Position numbers and translations under genes: made by a program | Shown: positions 26,614 to 38,740 of the stretch, piece after piece | Position numbering within the stretch: the first letter of the stretch is position 1 | Layout: each line of letters begins with the position of its first letter | Notes under the pieces: model-generated | Seen by the model: only the letters and a program-made list of their open reading frames with translations | Told to the model about the DNA's origin: nothing | The model's database searches: none | Origin: Amoebophrya sp. A120 | Lineage: Eukaryota > Protista > Dinoflagellata | Direction of reading: 5' to 3' | NCBI GenBank assembly: GCA_905178155.1 | Contig: CAJINV010000001.1 | Span: 2,780,089 to 2,844,088, forward strand | DNA length: 64,000 nt

Positions 26614-29600
26614 ATGGACCTGTTAAACGAAACCGCGCGCATCTATGGCGTTCTCAACTGTTACATTCTCAACTGTTACATGAATTTGTGATGCAAGAAT
26701 GGCAAAAGTGATAGGAGAGATCTTGCGCGTCTTGCATGACAGATTTGGCGCCGATTATCGGCCTGCTTGGCCCTCTGAGAATTTGTCATGCGAAGCAGCT
26801 TGATGGTGTAGATTCTGTAGGCAATTCTGCATGACAAATCATGTAACAGTTGAGAATGTAACGTTTGAGAACGCCATAGCATCTGGGTGGAGAACCACCC
26901 GACACTCGGGTGGTGCGCGGCGCGCGTTGACGGGGTAGATGACGACGGCAACTACATCGCGGTAGACGAAGAGGTATGCATTGAAAAAGTATCGTACTAG
27001 TAAGACTAGCATTACAAATATTTCCAGAAGGAAAAATGAAATTTGTAATGCTGCATGAGCTAAGGAACCAGATTTGTCATGCATAACAGCAATTAAGAGT
27101 GCGATACTTTTGCGCTGCATAACAGGGGCAGCAGTTCAAGGTCCCCCAGGACAAAGCCACGAGCGTCGATCCCTCGTGTCTGAAGGGCGTCCAGGACTTG
27201 CTCACCCTGGGGGATTTCAACGAGGGCTGCCTGCTGCAGAATATCCGGCTGCGGTACTTCGAGGACAAGATCTACACGGGGATCGGCGCGCCCATTCTGG
27301 TGTCGCTGAATCCCTACCAGAAGCTGACGACGCTCTACTCACCCGAAACCATGGCAGAGTACCGCAGACTGTCTTCGGTATCATGCACTTTTTAGTTCTT
27401 GTTACAAGTGTTCTTCGTCATCGTCGTGTTTTTGCCGCTACTGCGGTTGAACATTTTTTCAGGTACAAATGGATTCATTCTACTAACTTAAACTCGTTTT
27501 ACCATATCAATTGTACTCTTTGACGACCTTGTTGAGCATCCTGTTCACAAAAGATGCTGCGTTACTACATAGGTCCGCAAGCAAAACCGCGACCTGAGTG
27601 TGGCCCCGCATCTGTTCAGCGTTGCTTCGGAGTGTTACGACACGATGCTGGAGGAGCGGTTGAATCAGTCCATCATCATCACGGGCGAGTCGGGCGCAGG
27701 CAAAACTGAGGCGACAAAGCGGATTTTGAACTACGTCGCCAACATCCAGACACCAGCGTCCGCAACGGCAACTTCTGCTGGAACCACGGCAGCTTCATCG
27801 CCCGCGGTTGGCTCTTCCGCCTCGTCTTCCTCCACAGGAGGAGGCCCTGCGAGTTCTAGTTCTAAGCGGAGTATCGAAGACCAGGTGTTGAAGAGCAACC
27901 CGATTCTGGAGGCGTTTGGGAATGCCAAAACGGTCCGGAACGACAACAGTTCGCGTTTCGGCAAGTTCATCGAGATTCAGTTCGACGCGCAGGGCAAACT
28001 GCGGACGGCGAACATCCGGAACTACTTGCTGGAAAAGTGCCGTATGAAATGCAAATATGTCTGGGTCTGGATGAGTACAAGGTTTGTCATGCATATTTTC
28101 CATGCGTCGTGACGTGAACGTGATGTCTGTGATGCATGCCTAGCATCACAGATTCTGCGAGAGCTTTCTGATGCTCCTACCGCATGAGAAATGCCGTCTT
28201 TGCGTAGCAACAACTGGACCTCTTATTTTCCTGTTCATGCAAAAATACAGATTTTATGTAGAATCCAATGGCAGCATCACAAGTTGTTGCACCCTTCCAT
28301 ACCCAGACACATTTACATTTGATATGCCGGATCACAGCGCAACAGGCGAACGAGCGGAACTACCACGCCTTTTACTTTCTGCTCGCCGGGGCGCCGGAGA
28401 AACTGTTGGCGCAGCTGCATCTAACGTCCGAATCCGTGCCAGAGGATTTCGACTTCGTCTCCGTCTGCAGCGTCATCGAGGGTGCGGAATTCTCCGACGA
28501 GGAAGAATTTTTGAACGTGCAGGACTGCCTGCACCGGCTGAAGTTCAGCAAGGACGAGATCGAAACGCTGTGGAAGTGCTGCGCGGCGGTTCTGCTGCTG
28601 GGGAACGTGGATTTTCTGGAGACCCCGGTGGACGGCTCGGAGGACAACGTGGAGATTGCGGACCACGAGAGTGTCTGTCCGCCCATCTGCGACTTGCTCG
28701 GGATACAAGTGGACGCGTTGCGCGGGGTGCTGCGGTCGAAGAAGTTTTACGACCCGATCTCCAAGGCGATGTTCACGTCGCCGCTGCGGGTGGAGCAGGC
28801 AAAGCAGGTGAAGTTGTCGATCGCGAGAACGCTCTATTCCCGCATGTTCGACTGGATTGTCTCCCGGATAAACAGCAGCATGCAAGAGGAAAACAAAGCA
28901 CAGGGAACGTCAAATTCTGGCGGTGCAGCGACTCCATCAGGTGGAAATCCAAGCGCCGCGGGCCGCGCGTCCGCCACTGGGAGCAGTTCGTCTACCGGTC
29001 GCGGGGCGGCAGCGAGGCAGGCCGCGCAGGATGCTAGCGGGCACAAGGTCGGGCTGCTGGACATCTACGGGTTCGAAGTGTTTGAATGGAACTCGTTCGA
29101 GCAGCTGTGCATCAATTTTGCGAACGAGAAGCTGCAGCAACACTTCAACAGTCACATGTTCCGCATGGAGCAGAAGCTGTACACGGAGGAAAACATCAAC
29201 TGGAATCACATCACGTGTATGCATTGCAAAACTATCGTACTAGTATAAATCGCATGACAAATAAGTTTTCCAGAAGGAAAAATGGAATTTGTCATGCAGA
29301 TTCAGGTAAGAGAGGAAGACTAGATCTGTAATGCAAGGCTGTCATTTATACGAGTGCGATACTTTTGCTGAGGATAACGTGGCTGGACAACCAGGAAGTA
29401 ATCGACGCACTGGAGAAGAAGCCGAACGTATCAAAAGGAAAAATCCCCCCTCCCCATATCAAAACGGAAATCTGTGATGCAGATTTGTTGTCACAAATAA
29501 GGTTTGTCATGCTACACGGGAAAAGATGCGGAGGCGGACTGTAGTGCTGGGTGGCGTGGGGGAGCCTTGCATCTTCAGCATGATAGGAGGCAGCTGAGAG

Positions 29601-32600
29601 TGGGAAACAGCATGACAAATTGCCTGCAAACGAGACCACGACTGCGGCTCTTGGCCTTCTAGCGTGACAAGTCGATTTGGTACCTCAAATCCTGCATCAC
29701 AGATTTCCATTTCGATATGGGGAGGGGGGATTTTTCCGTTTGATAGAACGGCGTGTTTCCCCACCTGGACAGCACGTGTCTCGGGCCGAACGCCACCGAC
29801 GCCGCGTTTCTCCAGGCGTTGTACACGAAGCCGGCGAAGCCCAACATCATTTACAACCCCTCGAAGCAGAAAACGGACCTGTTCGGGGTCGCGCACTACG
29901 CCGGCGAGGTTTTGTATTCCGTCGACGGGTTTTTGGACAAGAATTATGAGAAACAGACGGACGAAGCGCTGGAAATTCTCCGGGAAAGCAAGAACGACCT
30001 GATAAAGAAGTTCATGGAGTTTTCCAGTTCTGGCACTGCTGGTGGAGCGGATAACTCCTCCTCTTCTGCTGCAACTTCTTCTGCCGGCGCAAGCAGATCC
30101 TCGACCGCGGGGCGCGGATCCGTCGGCATGCGCGGAAGCCGGTCGATGACGAGCGGGGCCCGGGGCAGCGCCAGTGCGACGGACAAAATCAAGGGCCCCC
30201 AGGGGACCGTGTCCAGCACGTTTCGCGAACAGCTGGACGCGCTGGTGGCGGACCTGAACAAAACGCATCCGCGTATCCTGCGTAAAAACGTACCCACACC
30301 ATAGTCAAGATGGGGAATCGGCTAGACAAATCCACAAGTTTTGGCTGTTTAGCATGACAAATTTGGACTCGTATTGTAGTGCTGTTTGAGCTAGCTCAGG
30401 AGCATCACAGATCTAGCATACCATGCTGATTGGAGCATGACAAATTGCAAAACACGACTATAAAATGCTTCTCATGGGGCTCCGCATGAGAAACATTTTC
30501 AGCATGCATGTCCCTATTGATGGGTTTTATCTTTCTCTTCCTCAGGAATGTATGGATATATGTAGAAAAGAGGTAAATTTAAATGAAGAGAAAGATAAAA
30601 AAGAAAAAAGACTGATTGGACTCAGACAAGCTTCTTTGTTTTTCAGTGCCACTTGTTACACCCGGAATACGCTCAAGTGCCAACAGGGCGAGAGCCCTGC
30701 AAGACCGGGCGTCAAAATAAGTCCAGACGGGAAAAACGCCAAAGATACCCGCGCCTTCTGCTTAACTGTGTGAAATATTGTGTCGGCCCGGTTCTGCTCA
30801 GACAGGCTGGATCCCGTAGATCAGATTTCACATGTTAAGTAACGCACACCGGCCTCCTAGCAAAAAACTAATGATGAATTTATATGAGCAAAGTGATGAA
30901 GATAGAGCGCAGCGGCTTACTGCGCAGCGTCGGTTCGTGCACGTGTGTCGCCCTTCGTTCGTTGCTTCCAGGAGCATGATCGCAAATTCGTACGCTCCTC
31001 CTGCTTTGAAAAAAAAAATCCGATCTTCCCGTCTGCCCCCATCTTCCCATGTAGAGTTAGGTCTCTGCCCTTTTATTGCTTCTCTCGTGTAGATGTGTTG
31101 TTGTTTTACCTGACTCGCCTTCTTAGCGCTAGCCCGCGTAGCCCGCGTCCTTGCAGGGGCAGCTGTTTTTTTTCCGCCTTGCCAGCGGGTTTTGTCGCGG
31201 GGAAGAAAGCAATCTGGGTTCAACGGTCCCCGCCCCCCCATCATCGTGGGTTCGACGGCCCCCGCCCCAAAGGAGACCACTTAGAAATATTTTTTTTGTA
31301 GAGTGCAAATTTTCACTGCGATCAACCGTTCACCATCGGCTGAAGCTGCACATGCATCCGGAGTAGTTTTGAAAAATTAACTTTATTGCCCGCGGCTTAC
31401 GGGTTTCGTCTAAAGGTTCTTCGTCAGGGTGCGCGGTTTCTATTATTGGCGTTCGGCTTGGTCGCACCCTATGGCTAGTATCTGAGATCAGAAGACCATT
31501 TATTTCGGGGGACAGTAGCGCGCGAAAAAAGTTCGTCGCGGGGGCACCCCGCATGGTTCGTTTTTATATGCTTTCCGCACCATGCATCGATGGCCGGGGG
31601 TTCGGTCGTGTTTCCCGCTGGGCTTTTCAAACGCGGGTTTGCAAAGCCCGTTTGCATAGGGCGTTCCCAGTATCCGCGTTTACATAGATCCCGGATATCG
31701 CCCCCTATGGGCAACTATCTCCCTAGACAGTGGCTCCTCCCTATCTTTACTACCGTCAGGTGCAGCGGCTTTCTGCACATAGCGCCTAGTCTCGACCCAT
31801 ATCGACCCCCCTTGCTATTCGTCCCACAGCATAGCAACGTCCGCCGCGGCTTACGGCTATAGACGTTAACTATATCGTGGGGATTTTCTATGCGTGTGTC
31901 CGGTCCGAGTTCGAAAAAGGGTTCAGGGGTGACCCCCCTGTATGCATGCGGATTTATGCTTCCGAAGGGTTTAGGGTTTTGATTTGTATGGACCAATGCG
32001 GCGCGCACATCGAGTTTCCTGGCAGTGTCGACCTGCTGTACACGGCGTAACCCCCGGCGGAAATAGACCGGAAAACGCATCTGAAACTGAAACTGAAACT
32101 ATGAGAAAGAGGGGCCTAATCAAAAAAAAAAAAAGATTTGCATTACAAGTATGGGGTGGGTACGTTTTTACTCAGGATACCGCGGTACATCCGCTGCATC
32201 AAGCCCAACGCGAACAAGGCTATGACCTGCTCAAACGTTACAATCTCAAATCGGTTACCATAGAATCTGGAATTTGTGTTGCATGATGGGCATGACAGAC
32301 TCGCACAGCGTTCCACCTTTTGCAATACAAATTTCGACAGAATGTAGTGGGCTTTCGAGACCCGGAACTTGTCATGCGCAACCCTATGAGAGTTGGCTGG
32401 ATCATGCTCATCATGCAAGACAAATCTCAGATTCTATTGTAACGCTTGAGATTGTAACGCCTGAGCGGGTTATAAAGGCGGCGCACGACTTTGACTCGAT
32501 CGACGTGTTGCGGCAGTTGCGGTGCGCGGGAATGCTGGAAGCAATACGGATTCGGCGCGCGGGGTACAGTGTGCGTCGACCGTTTCGGGAGTTTCTCATG

Positions 32601-35600
32601 AAGTACGGCCGCCTGCATGCGCAGTTGAAGGTATAGCTTTAGAGACGACGTGGAGCTGATTTGTGTACTAAGTTGTGATTCAGTTTCTGTGTTAGTTTGT
32701 CTCTGTACTAAATGAAAAATAGTAAATTTCCCGATCCACCATTGCATGGAGCACGAAAAAGAACTCGAAAAAATCGAGGTCAAAGGCGCAAGCGAGGCGG
32801 ACCACAAGGGCCTGTGTACGAAGCTTCTGGAATATCTCGAGACCAAGCTGAACACCAAGGAAAAGATTGGCGAACACAGCTGGCAGATCGGGCGGAGCAA
32901 GGTTTTTTTAAAGGAAGATTTGCAGAAGCTGCTCGAATCAGAGCTGAACGCGGTGATAACGGAGTTCTGCGTGAGAATTTCCAAGATGTACCGCGGCTAC
33001 GCCTGCCGATCGAAATATCGAAAGCAGCGAAAAGCCGCGGTCGACATCCAGGCCTTCTGCAAGTGCCTACTCGCCGTCCGGCGGTGTCAAGCAGAGCTGC
33101 AGAAGAAGCGCGCAGCGACAAAGCTGCAGGCGAAGGCCAGGGGCTGGAAGGAAAGACGGATTTTTTCAAAGACCAAGAAGTCGATCCTGCAGGTGCAAAC
33201 GCGTTGGCGGGGCGTGCTGGTCCGGATTCATCTTGGTGACTTTCGCACGCTGAAAGACAAGCGCGACGCCGAGCGAGCGAGACAGAAGATCCAGCGACAG
33301 CAGGAAGACGCAGAAAGAAAAGCCTTGCAGGAGAAGGTTCGAGAACAAGAATTGCAGCTGGAAGAATCGAAGAAACAAGCCACACTAGAGGCAGAAGAAA
33401 GGATAAAAAAAGAAGCGGAGCAACGGGAGAAGCTGGAGAAGGTAAAGATTTCTTTACGATTCCAAGTTTTTTTTCTGGCTTTCCTGAACGTGCGCTCGGC
33501 CTGTCATTGCTGACTTGCATTCATAAGTACTTTCTTCTAGTCTCTTGCCCACTAATGAAAAGTTCCCCGAGTAAATGGACACTTGCCGATCCGAATTCCA
33601 AAAATTTCAAACAAAACAGGAAAAGCAACTTGCAGCGGATCGAAAGCGGCAAGAGCAGGAACAAGCTGCCGCTGCGAAACTGCTTGAAGAGAAAAAGGCT
33701 TTCGAGGAACAGGAAGCGCAGCGGAAGAGAGAGTTCGAGAAGGAGCGCGAGAAGCTGAAACAGGAGCAGGCCAAACTCCGGGAGGAGCGCTCCGCCGCGG
33801 AAAAAGAGACCGGCTCGACGATTCGGCAGCTGCAGGGTGAAGTCACACGACTACAGGCGGATCTAGAGTTTTCGCAGGAGACTTCGGAGAAGTACAGGAA
33901 AGACGCGGCGATGTACCGGGAGGAAATGGAGAAAGCCGCGGATGTGGCGACCACGAACAGTAAGAAGCAACAAGAAGAGTTGAAAGACGTTCGTCGGCAG
34001 CTCGTCGACCTGCGGGACCAGGTGCGCACTTTGGACGACGAGAAGCAGCGAAAAACCGAGGAAGCCGCGAACGCGCAGCTCATGCTGGAGGCGAAAGAGA
34101 CGGAACTGCAGCTGAGCTCGACGGAGCTCCGGAAACTCACCCAGGAACAGGGTAGCAAAGAGCAGCGAATCACGGAACTGGAAGACGAACTGACGCAGCA
34201 AAGTAACTCCGCAGACGACAAAGTCCGCGATTTGGAGCGGGCTTTGGAGGAGGCGAAGTTCAACAACGAGACGTTGGAACGCAGTAAAAAGACCCTGCAG
34301 GAGCTTTGCAGCACCAACGCGGACGAAAGTCGCAGCAGGATCGCGGATCTGGAGGCCGCGGTAAGGAAATTGAAAAACGAAATTGACGACGCGAACAAAG
34401 CCCGCGACGACATGCAGATCGAACTGGAGTTCAACCAGAAAAAACTCGAAGACTTGCGAGAAAAGCTCCTCGCGCAGGCCACCGCCCCGACGGCCGCGAA
34501 GCAGGACACAACCACTGTGACGACCGGCAGCGGCGGGAAATCCTCACCGGAGAACGACGAGTCCCGGCCGACCATCGCGAACCACATGGAATTTTTGGCC
34601 ATGTTGGAGAAGGACAAAAAGAGCATCGAAGTTGGGGAAGTCGTGCTTGAGGAAGAGGACGGTACGCCGGCATCCGCTGCCTCGGGAACCACGGACCAGG
34701 CCATGCTGCGGAAGCAATTGCAGGAACGGAACCGGAAGCTGGCGGAACATCACGCAGCCTACACGGATCTGAAAGCGGAGTACGACATTAAGCGCGAGGA
34801 GAATCGAAGGTATAGAAGTAGTTCGAAAAAATTTCATGTAGGACATCAAGTTCGGGCCTGCAAGAAAATTCTTACAGTTCTGAGGGAGCCGCGACTCTAT
34901 GTCGTAAGTCGAGCGTTATTGATTCAAACGAATCACTCAGGTACGTCAACGAACTCGCCCAACTCCGCAACGGGAAAGCGCAGTTGGAAATGAAGCTTTC
35001 TGGCATGGTCAGTGGCGACGAGATGAAGGCCTTGAGAGCGGAGAAAACTGACCTCGACGCGGCCAACGCCCGACTAACTTTCTCCGTCACGAATTTGGAA
35101 AAGCAAAAGGCCTTTTGCGAAACGAAAATCGAGAAACTGGAAGAGGAAATCGAGGAAAAGCGGAAAGCCAACAAGGAGCTGGCAAACAAACTCCAATTGG
35201 CACAATTAAAAATGGCCAACAGCGAGGCTGACGCCGCTTCCCCCTCGGAAACTGGACCCCACGGGTCCTCCTCCTCTTCGGCGACCCACCAGGACGCGCT
35301 CACCGAGCGGGCCGACCGCGCGGAACGGGGGTACCAGGAGATGAAGAAGGTAAATCAGCAGTTTCGCGAGCAACTAGAGTTGCAAATGAAGGACCTGCGA
35401 ACGAAAAACGAGGAATTACGAGCCGTGCGCCTCGAAAAGATCCGCTTGCAGCGCGACACCGAGGAGGCGCAAGCGGAACTGCAGGGGGCACAGGAGGAAC
35501 GGGATAAGCTGGAGGGGACGAACAAATACTACCTGGCGAAAGTGAACGAGCAGCGGGAGGAGCTCAGCAAAATTCGGCAGGAAAACAAGATGATGCAAAA

Positions 35601-35742
35601 TGAACGACTGTCGGAAAAGTTGGAATACGAGAAGAAATCGTTACTCGTGGACCAACTGAAGGCGCGGAACGAGGAGCTCGTGTTAGAAACCTCGCAGCGC
35701 GGGACCGACATACTAGCGAAAACGCTGGGCGGCGGAACGTGA
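26614..35742 (+). CDS. Myosin heavy chain (motor domain, IQ motifs, long coiled-coil tail), about 12 exons
   Basis: P-loop [40 protein letters not shown]...[13 protein letters not shown]...[44 protein letters not shown]-like LQAKARGW and VQTRWRG, and a heptad-rich tail to stop 35742. Confidence 0.95.
26644..26878. mobile_element. Introner element, family D (myosin intron 1)
   Basis: ~50-bp TIR tatggcgttctcaactgttacattctcaactgttaca / tgtaacagttgagaatgtaacgtttgagaacgccata and a perfect TSD GCATC. Removal restores ETARI|WVEN. Confidence 0.95.
26975..27121. mobile_element. Introner element, family B
   Basis: TIR tatgcattgaaaaagtatcgtact / agtgcgatacttttgcgctgcata. Flanks agagg/acagg give a GT-AG intron at 26974-27125. 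Confidence 0.9.
28043..28324. mobile_element. Introner element, family A
   Basis: TIR tatgaaatgcaaatatgtctgggtctgga / tccatacccagacacatttacatttgata and a perfect TSD TGCCG. Removal restores LLEKC|RITAQQ. Confidence 0.95.
29218..29376. mobile_element. Introner element, family B
   Basis: Homologous to 26975-27121 with a perfect TSD ACGTG. Removal restores HIT|WLDNQ. Confidence 0.95.
29429..29745. mobile_element. Introner element, family E (long TIR)
   Basis: ~55-bp TIR tatcaaaaggaaaaatcccccctccccatatc... and a perfect TSD GAACG. Removal restores EKKPN|GVFPHLD. Confidence 0.95.
30274..32179. mobile_element. Introner element, family C, expanded to 1.9 kb by a nested insert
   Basis: TIR tatcctgcgtaaaaacgtacccacaccata / tatggggtgggtacgtttttactcaggata and a perfect TSD CCGCG. 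The ends align with 20155-20433. Removal restores KTHP|RYIRCIKPN. Confidence 0.95.
30509..32134 (+). mobile_element. Non-coding poly(A)-tailed insertion nested in the introner (retroposon-like)
   Basis: Absent from the family-C copy at 20155-20433. It ends in (ctgaaa)3...A13 at 32122-32134, with no credible ORF and no TSD. Confidence 0.65.
32221..32474. mobile_element. Introner element, family D-related
   Basis: TIR tatgacctgctcaaacgttacaatctcaa / ttgagattgtaacgcctgagcgggttata and a perfect TSD AAGGC, which allows a GC-AG register. Removal restores PNANK|AAHDFD. Confidence 0.95.
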
Positions 35743-36444
35743 GACGCCCGGAATTTTTGCGGTTTCACAATAAATAAAACCCAAATGAATTGCAGAAAAC
35801 CCGTTTCTATACGTATAGCTCATCTCACTACTACAGAAGTTTCAATACGCAAAAGTGCGCGGATATCCCTTTGTATGATTGATACAAGACCTTCGAACTG
35901 AAGGTGGGACACCAGCACAAGCTCTGCGCTTACTTAGTTTCAAAACGAAGAGAAAGCCGATCAGCCTGCTGGTCGTGGTTTTGTTGAGGGATGTGACCTC
36001 CTTTATGTGAAAAGTGGCCTAGAAGTGTTCGTGTTGATGTTGATACTTACATACCTCGTTCCATTCGCAAAAGGTCCAAACATAGAGAAGCTCGAGTGGA
36101 TTTTTCACAGCCGGTCCAAACTTGTTGATGGAGCATCGCAAAACTGATCAAAAAAGCACCTCTTTGGAATAAGTAGCCACCACAAAGTCAAAGCAAAGCA
36201 CTGGCTGTACTTACGGAGTTTTGTTACTCTAACTTCTACAACACTTCTGCTAACTTTCAAAACGATCAAGGATCTTCAGTGTCGTATTCTTTGCTTGCGA
36301 GATCGAACGGCACAGACATCATCATCATAAGCATTCCAACAAAGGTCATTTTCGCGCTTGGAAGCGATACTTACAACGAAGTCTCTTGACGTGGTTTCCC
36401 TGGAATTCGTTCATACAACTTCTGGTGTAATTTTTTCACATTCA

Positions 36445-38740
36445 ATGGCAATCGCGGTGCTGAACAACGACCGTGCGGCGGCCGGCAACAGTACGCAAAA
36501 GGAGGACGTCGTCTTCCGCGTCGCCTTGCTCGGAAATGTTTCCGCCGGAAAAACGACTCTCATCAACGCACTGCTTCGCGATCGTTACGGAGAAGTCTCG
36601 AAAAAGCGCTGCACTGCGGGGATCAACTTTTTCCACCTGGACCTGCTGGCAGGACAATCGCAATCGCCAAATGCGGACGCCGGCGCTGCAGCGCCCTCGG
36701 GTCGTGGAGCGGCCTCCTCCTCTGCACGCGGCACAGGAGGAGCAGGCCACAGCTTGTCGCTCGAGGACGAGCTTGACCAGATTGACGTGCAGTTAATTCA
36801 CCAGAAAATCACCCAGGCAAACGAAGTGCTGCGGGCAGACCCGAAAATTGAAGAGAAGCACTTTCATGTTTCTACAACCGAGCCCCTGGTTACCGTCGAT
36901 GCAGACTTGCGATCGCGGGCGTCCTCGGTGAAACTGGTGCTCATTGACGTGCCAGGGTTAAACGAACAGGGCAGTGCAGAAACGTACAAAAAATATGTGC
37001 GGGAGGAACTTTTTCCGACTCTGGACAAGGTCATCGTCGTGATGGACGTCGACCAGGGAGTGAACTCGACGGAACAAGTTGGGTTGCTCAACTTCGTGCA
37101 GGAATGTATCCGAAGTGTCTCGGCAGTTACACACCATTGGAATAACCCCCTGGTCATCGTCAACAAGGTGGACGATCCTGCAGATGCGGTGCACGACGAG
37201 ACGAAAAGCATGATCCAGGAAATCGAAGCCGAAGTGGCAAAAATTTTCGGGGACTACACAGCGCTGCACCGGTGCATTCCTCTTTCTGCTGAGCTCGGCT
37301 GTATCTACAGAGTTGCCGCCGGCCTCAACTTGCAAGATTTTAAAAAGTCTGCTGTCTGCCAGGATGAAAGGTAAAAATTTTCGAGTGCTGTACTTACGTC
37401 GATTCGTAGCGGTCGTGGCAGGCATCCAGTCAGTAACTGCATCTGATGAAGACGATCATGTCACGAATGAAGAATGAATGCTTTCTGATCAACAGCAGTG
37501 CGCTACGAGCAACAGAAATTTCCTGAAAAGGTATCTAAACAAGATCGGACCACTCGAAATTGGTGTAGCGAAGTGGCGAAAACTGATGAAAGACAAGAAA
37601 ATCGTCGAGGTGCACAAGATTCTCAGCGACAGGAGCGAGTCGAGGCAGCGGCTGAAAGATGCGAATTTCCTTGCGTTAAGTGATATGCTGGAGCACGACC
37701 TAGGAGCAGACGCGCAAAAAGGTTTACTGCAACGACAGGTCGACTACAAGCTTGGAACACTTTCGCACAGTCATACTCGACCTGATCGCGCCGTTGCGAA
37801 CCTGTTGGAATGCGTGCAATCCAGGCGGGTGGTCGACACGCCATTGTCCAACTTGGAAGTGAAGGGGGCATTCAAAACCTGTTGGAACGAGCTGCGGAAA
37901 GACGCGCTGCAGGAGCTTGAAGAACAGCGAAAGACCGAAAAACTCATCCTCTGCATCAAGCAGCTCGAAGAGTTCGGAGACGAAAGGTACCTGCGCAAGT
38001 TGTTTGCCTCGGATGGAGCAGCAGCTTCCGACATGCAAGCCGTTGTTGCCGCTACGCGCGCAGAGTTGCGTCAATGGATCATTGATCTGCTCAAGGCCAA
38101 GCTTGTCATCTTGGAGAACGTTACGCAGAAGATAGCGCACAACGCATCTTCCCCCCACATAAACGGGAAGATTCCGGAGACCATACCAGAAGGGTGGGCG
38201 AGTTGCGATTTTTCAGCGTCCGTTTTTCGTCTCGCAAACCTGATCCGGTCAACTCGCCTTGCAGACGGGGCTTCAAACGGAGCGCTTTCGAAGTTCTGCG
38301 GAACCGTGGTCGTCCGTATGGATCGCCTTTGCAGCAATTTGGAAACTTTCCAAGCAATCCGCAGAAACATGACTAACGGAAACACGACGACCCCAACACA
38401 ATCCCATCCTTATGGCGTTCTGCCGTGGGCGTCGGGAACATATGATCCGAATGCCTACGAGTGGTCCGCCAGTAAATGGCCCTTTCCGGAACCCACAGCT
38501 TGGGGAGCGGCAGATGTTGGTGTCGCGGGTTGCAGAGAAGCCCAAATTGAAGACATTCACGACGACATTACCGACCCGCGTCACTGGGGGCACTTCGAGT
38601 ACCGTTGCGGGACATTGTTGCAGAAGATCTGCTCCTCGAGTAGCAGTGCTGGGTATCTAGACGAGCCTGATTCTGAGCCGACCGGAGGCGGTGCCAGCTC
38701 TGCTTCTGGCCCAGGAGCAAAGCGACGCCGCATCGGCTGA
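36445..38740 (+). CDS. Dynamin-like P-loop GTPase (Dynamin_N type)
   Basis: G1 GNVSAGKT, G2 Thr in KRCTA, G3 LIDVPG and G4 VNKVD. GT-AG intron 37371-37530 joins QDER|YLNKIG. C-terminal KRRR. Confidence 0.8.

Noticed and set aside
31385-31432. Hammerhead ribozyme core on the - strand (CTGACGA...GAAA)
   Set aside because: Stem II does not pair and the base after stem III is C rather than the required U of NUH.
33607-34704. Long antisense ORFs (33607-34704, also 24728-25432 and 54335-55546)
   Set aside because: They are shadow frames opposite well-supported coding sequence.
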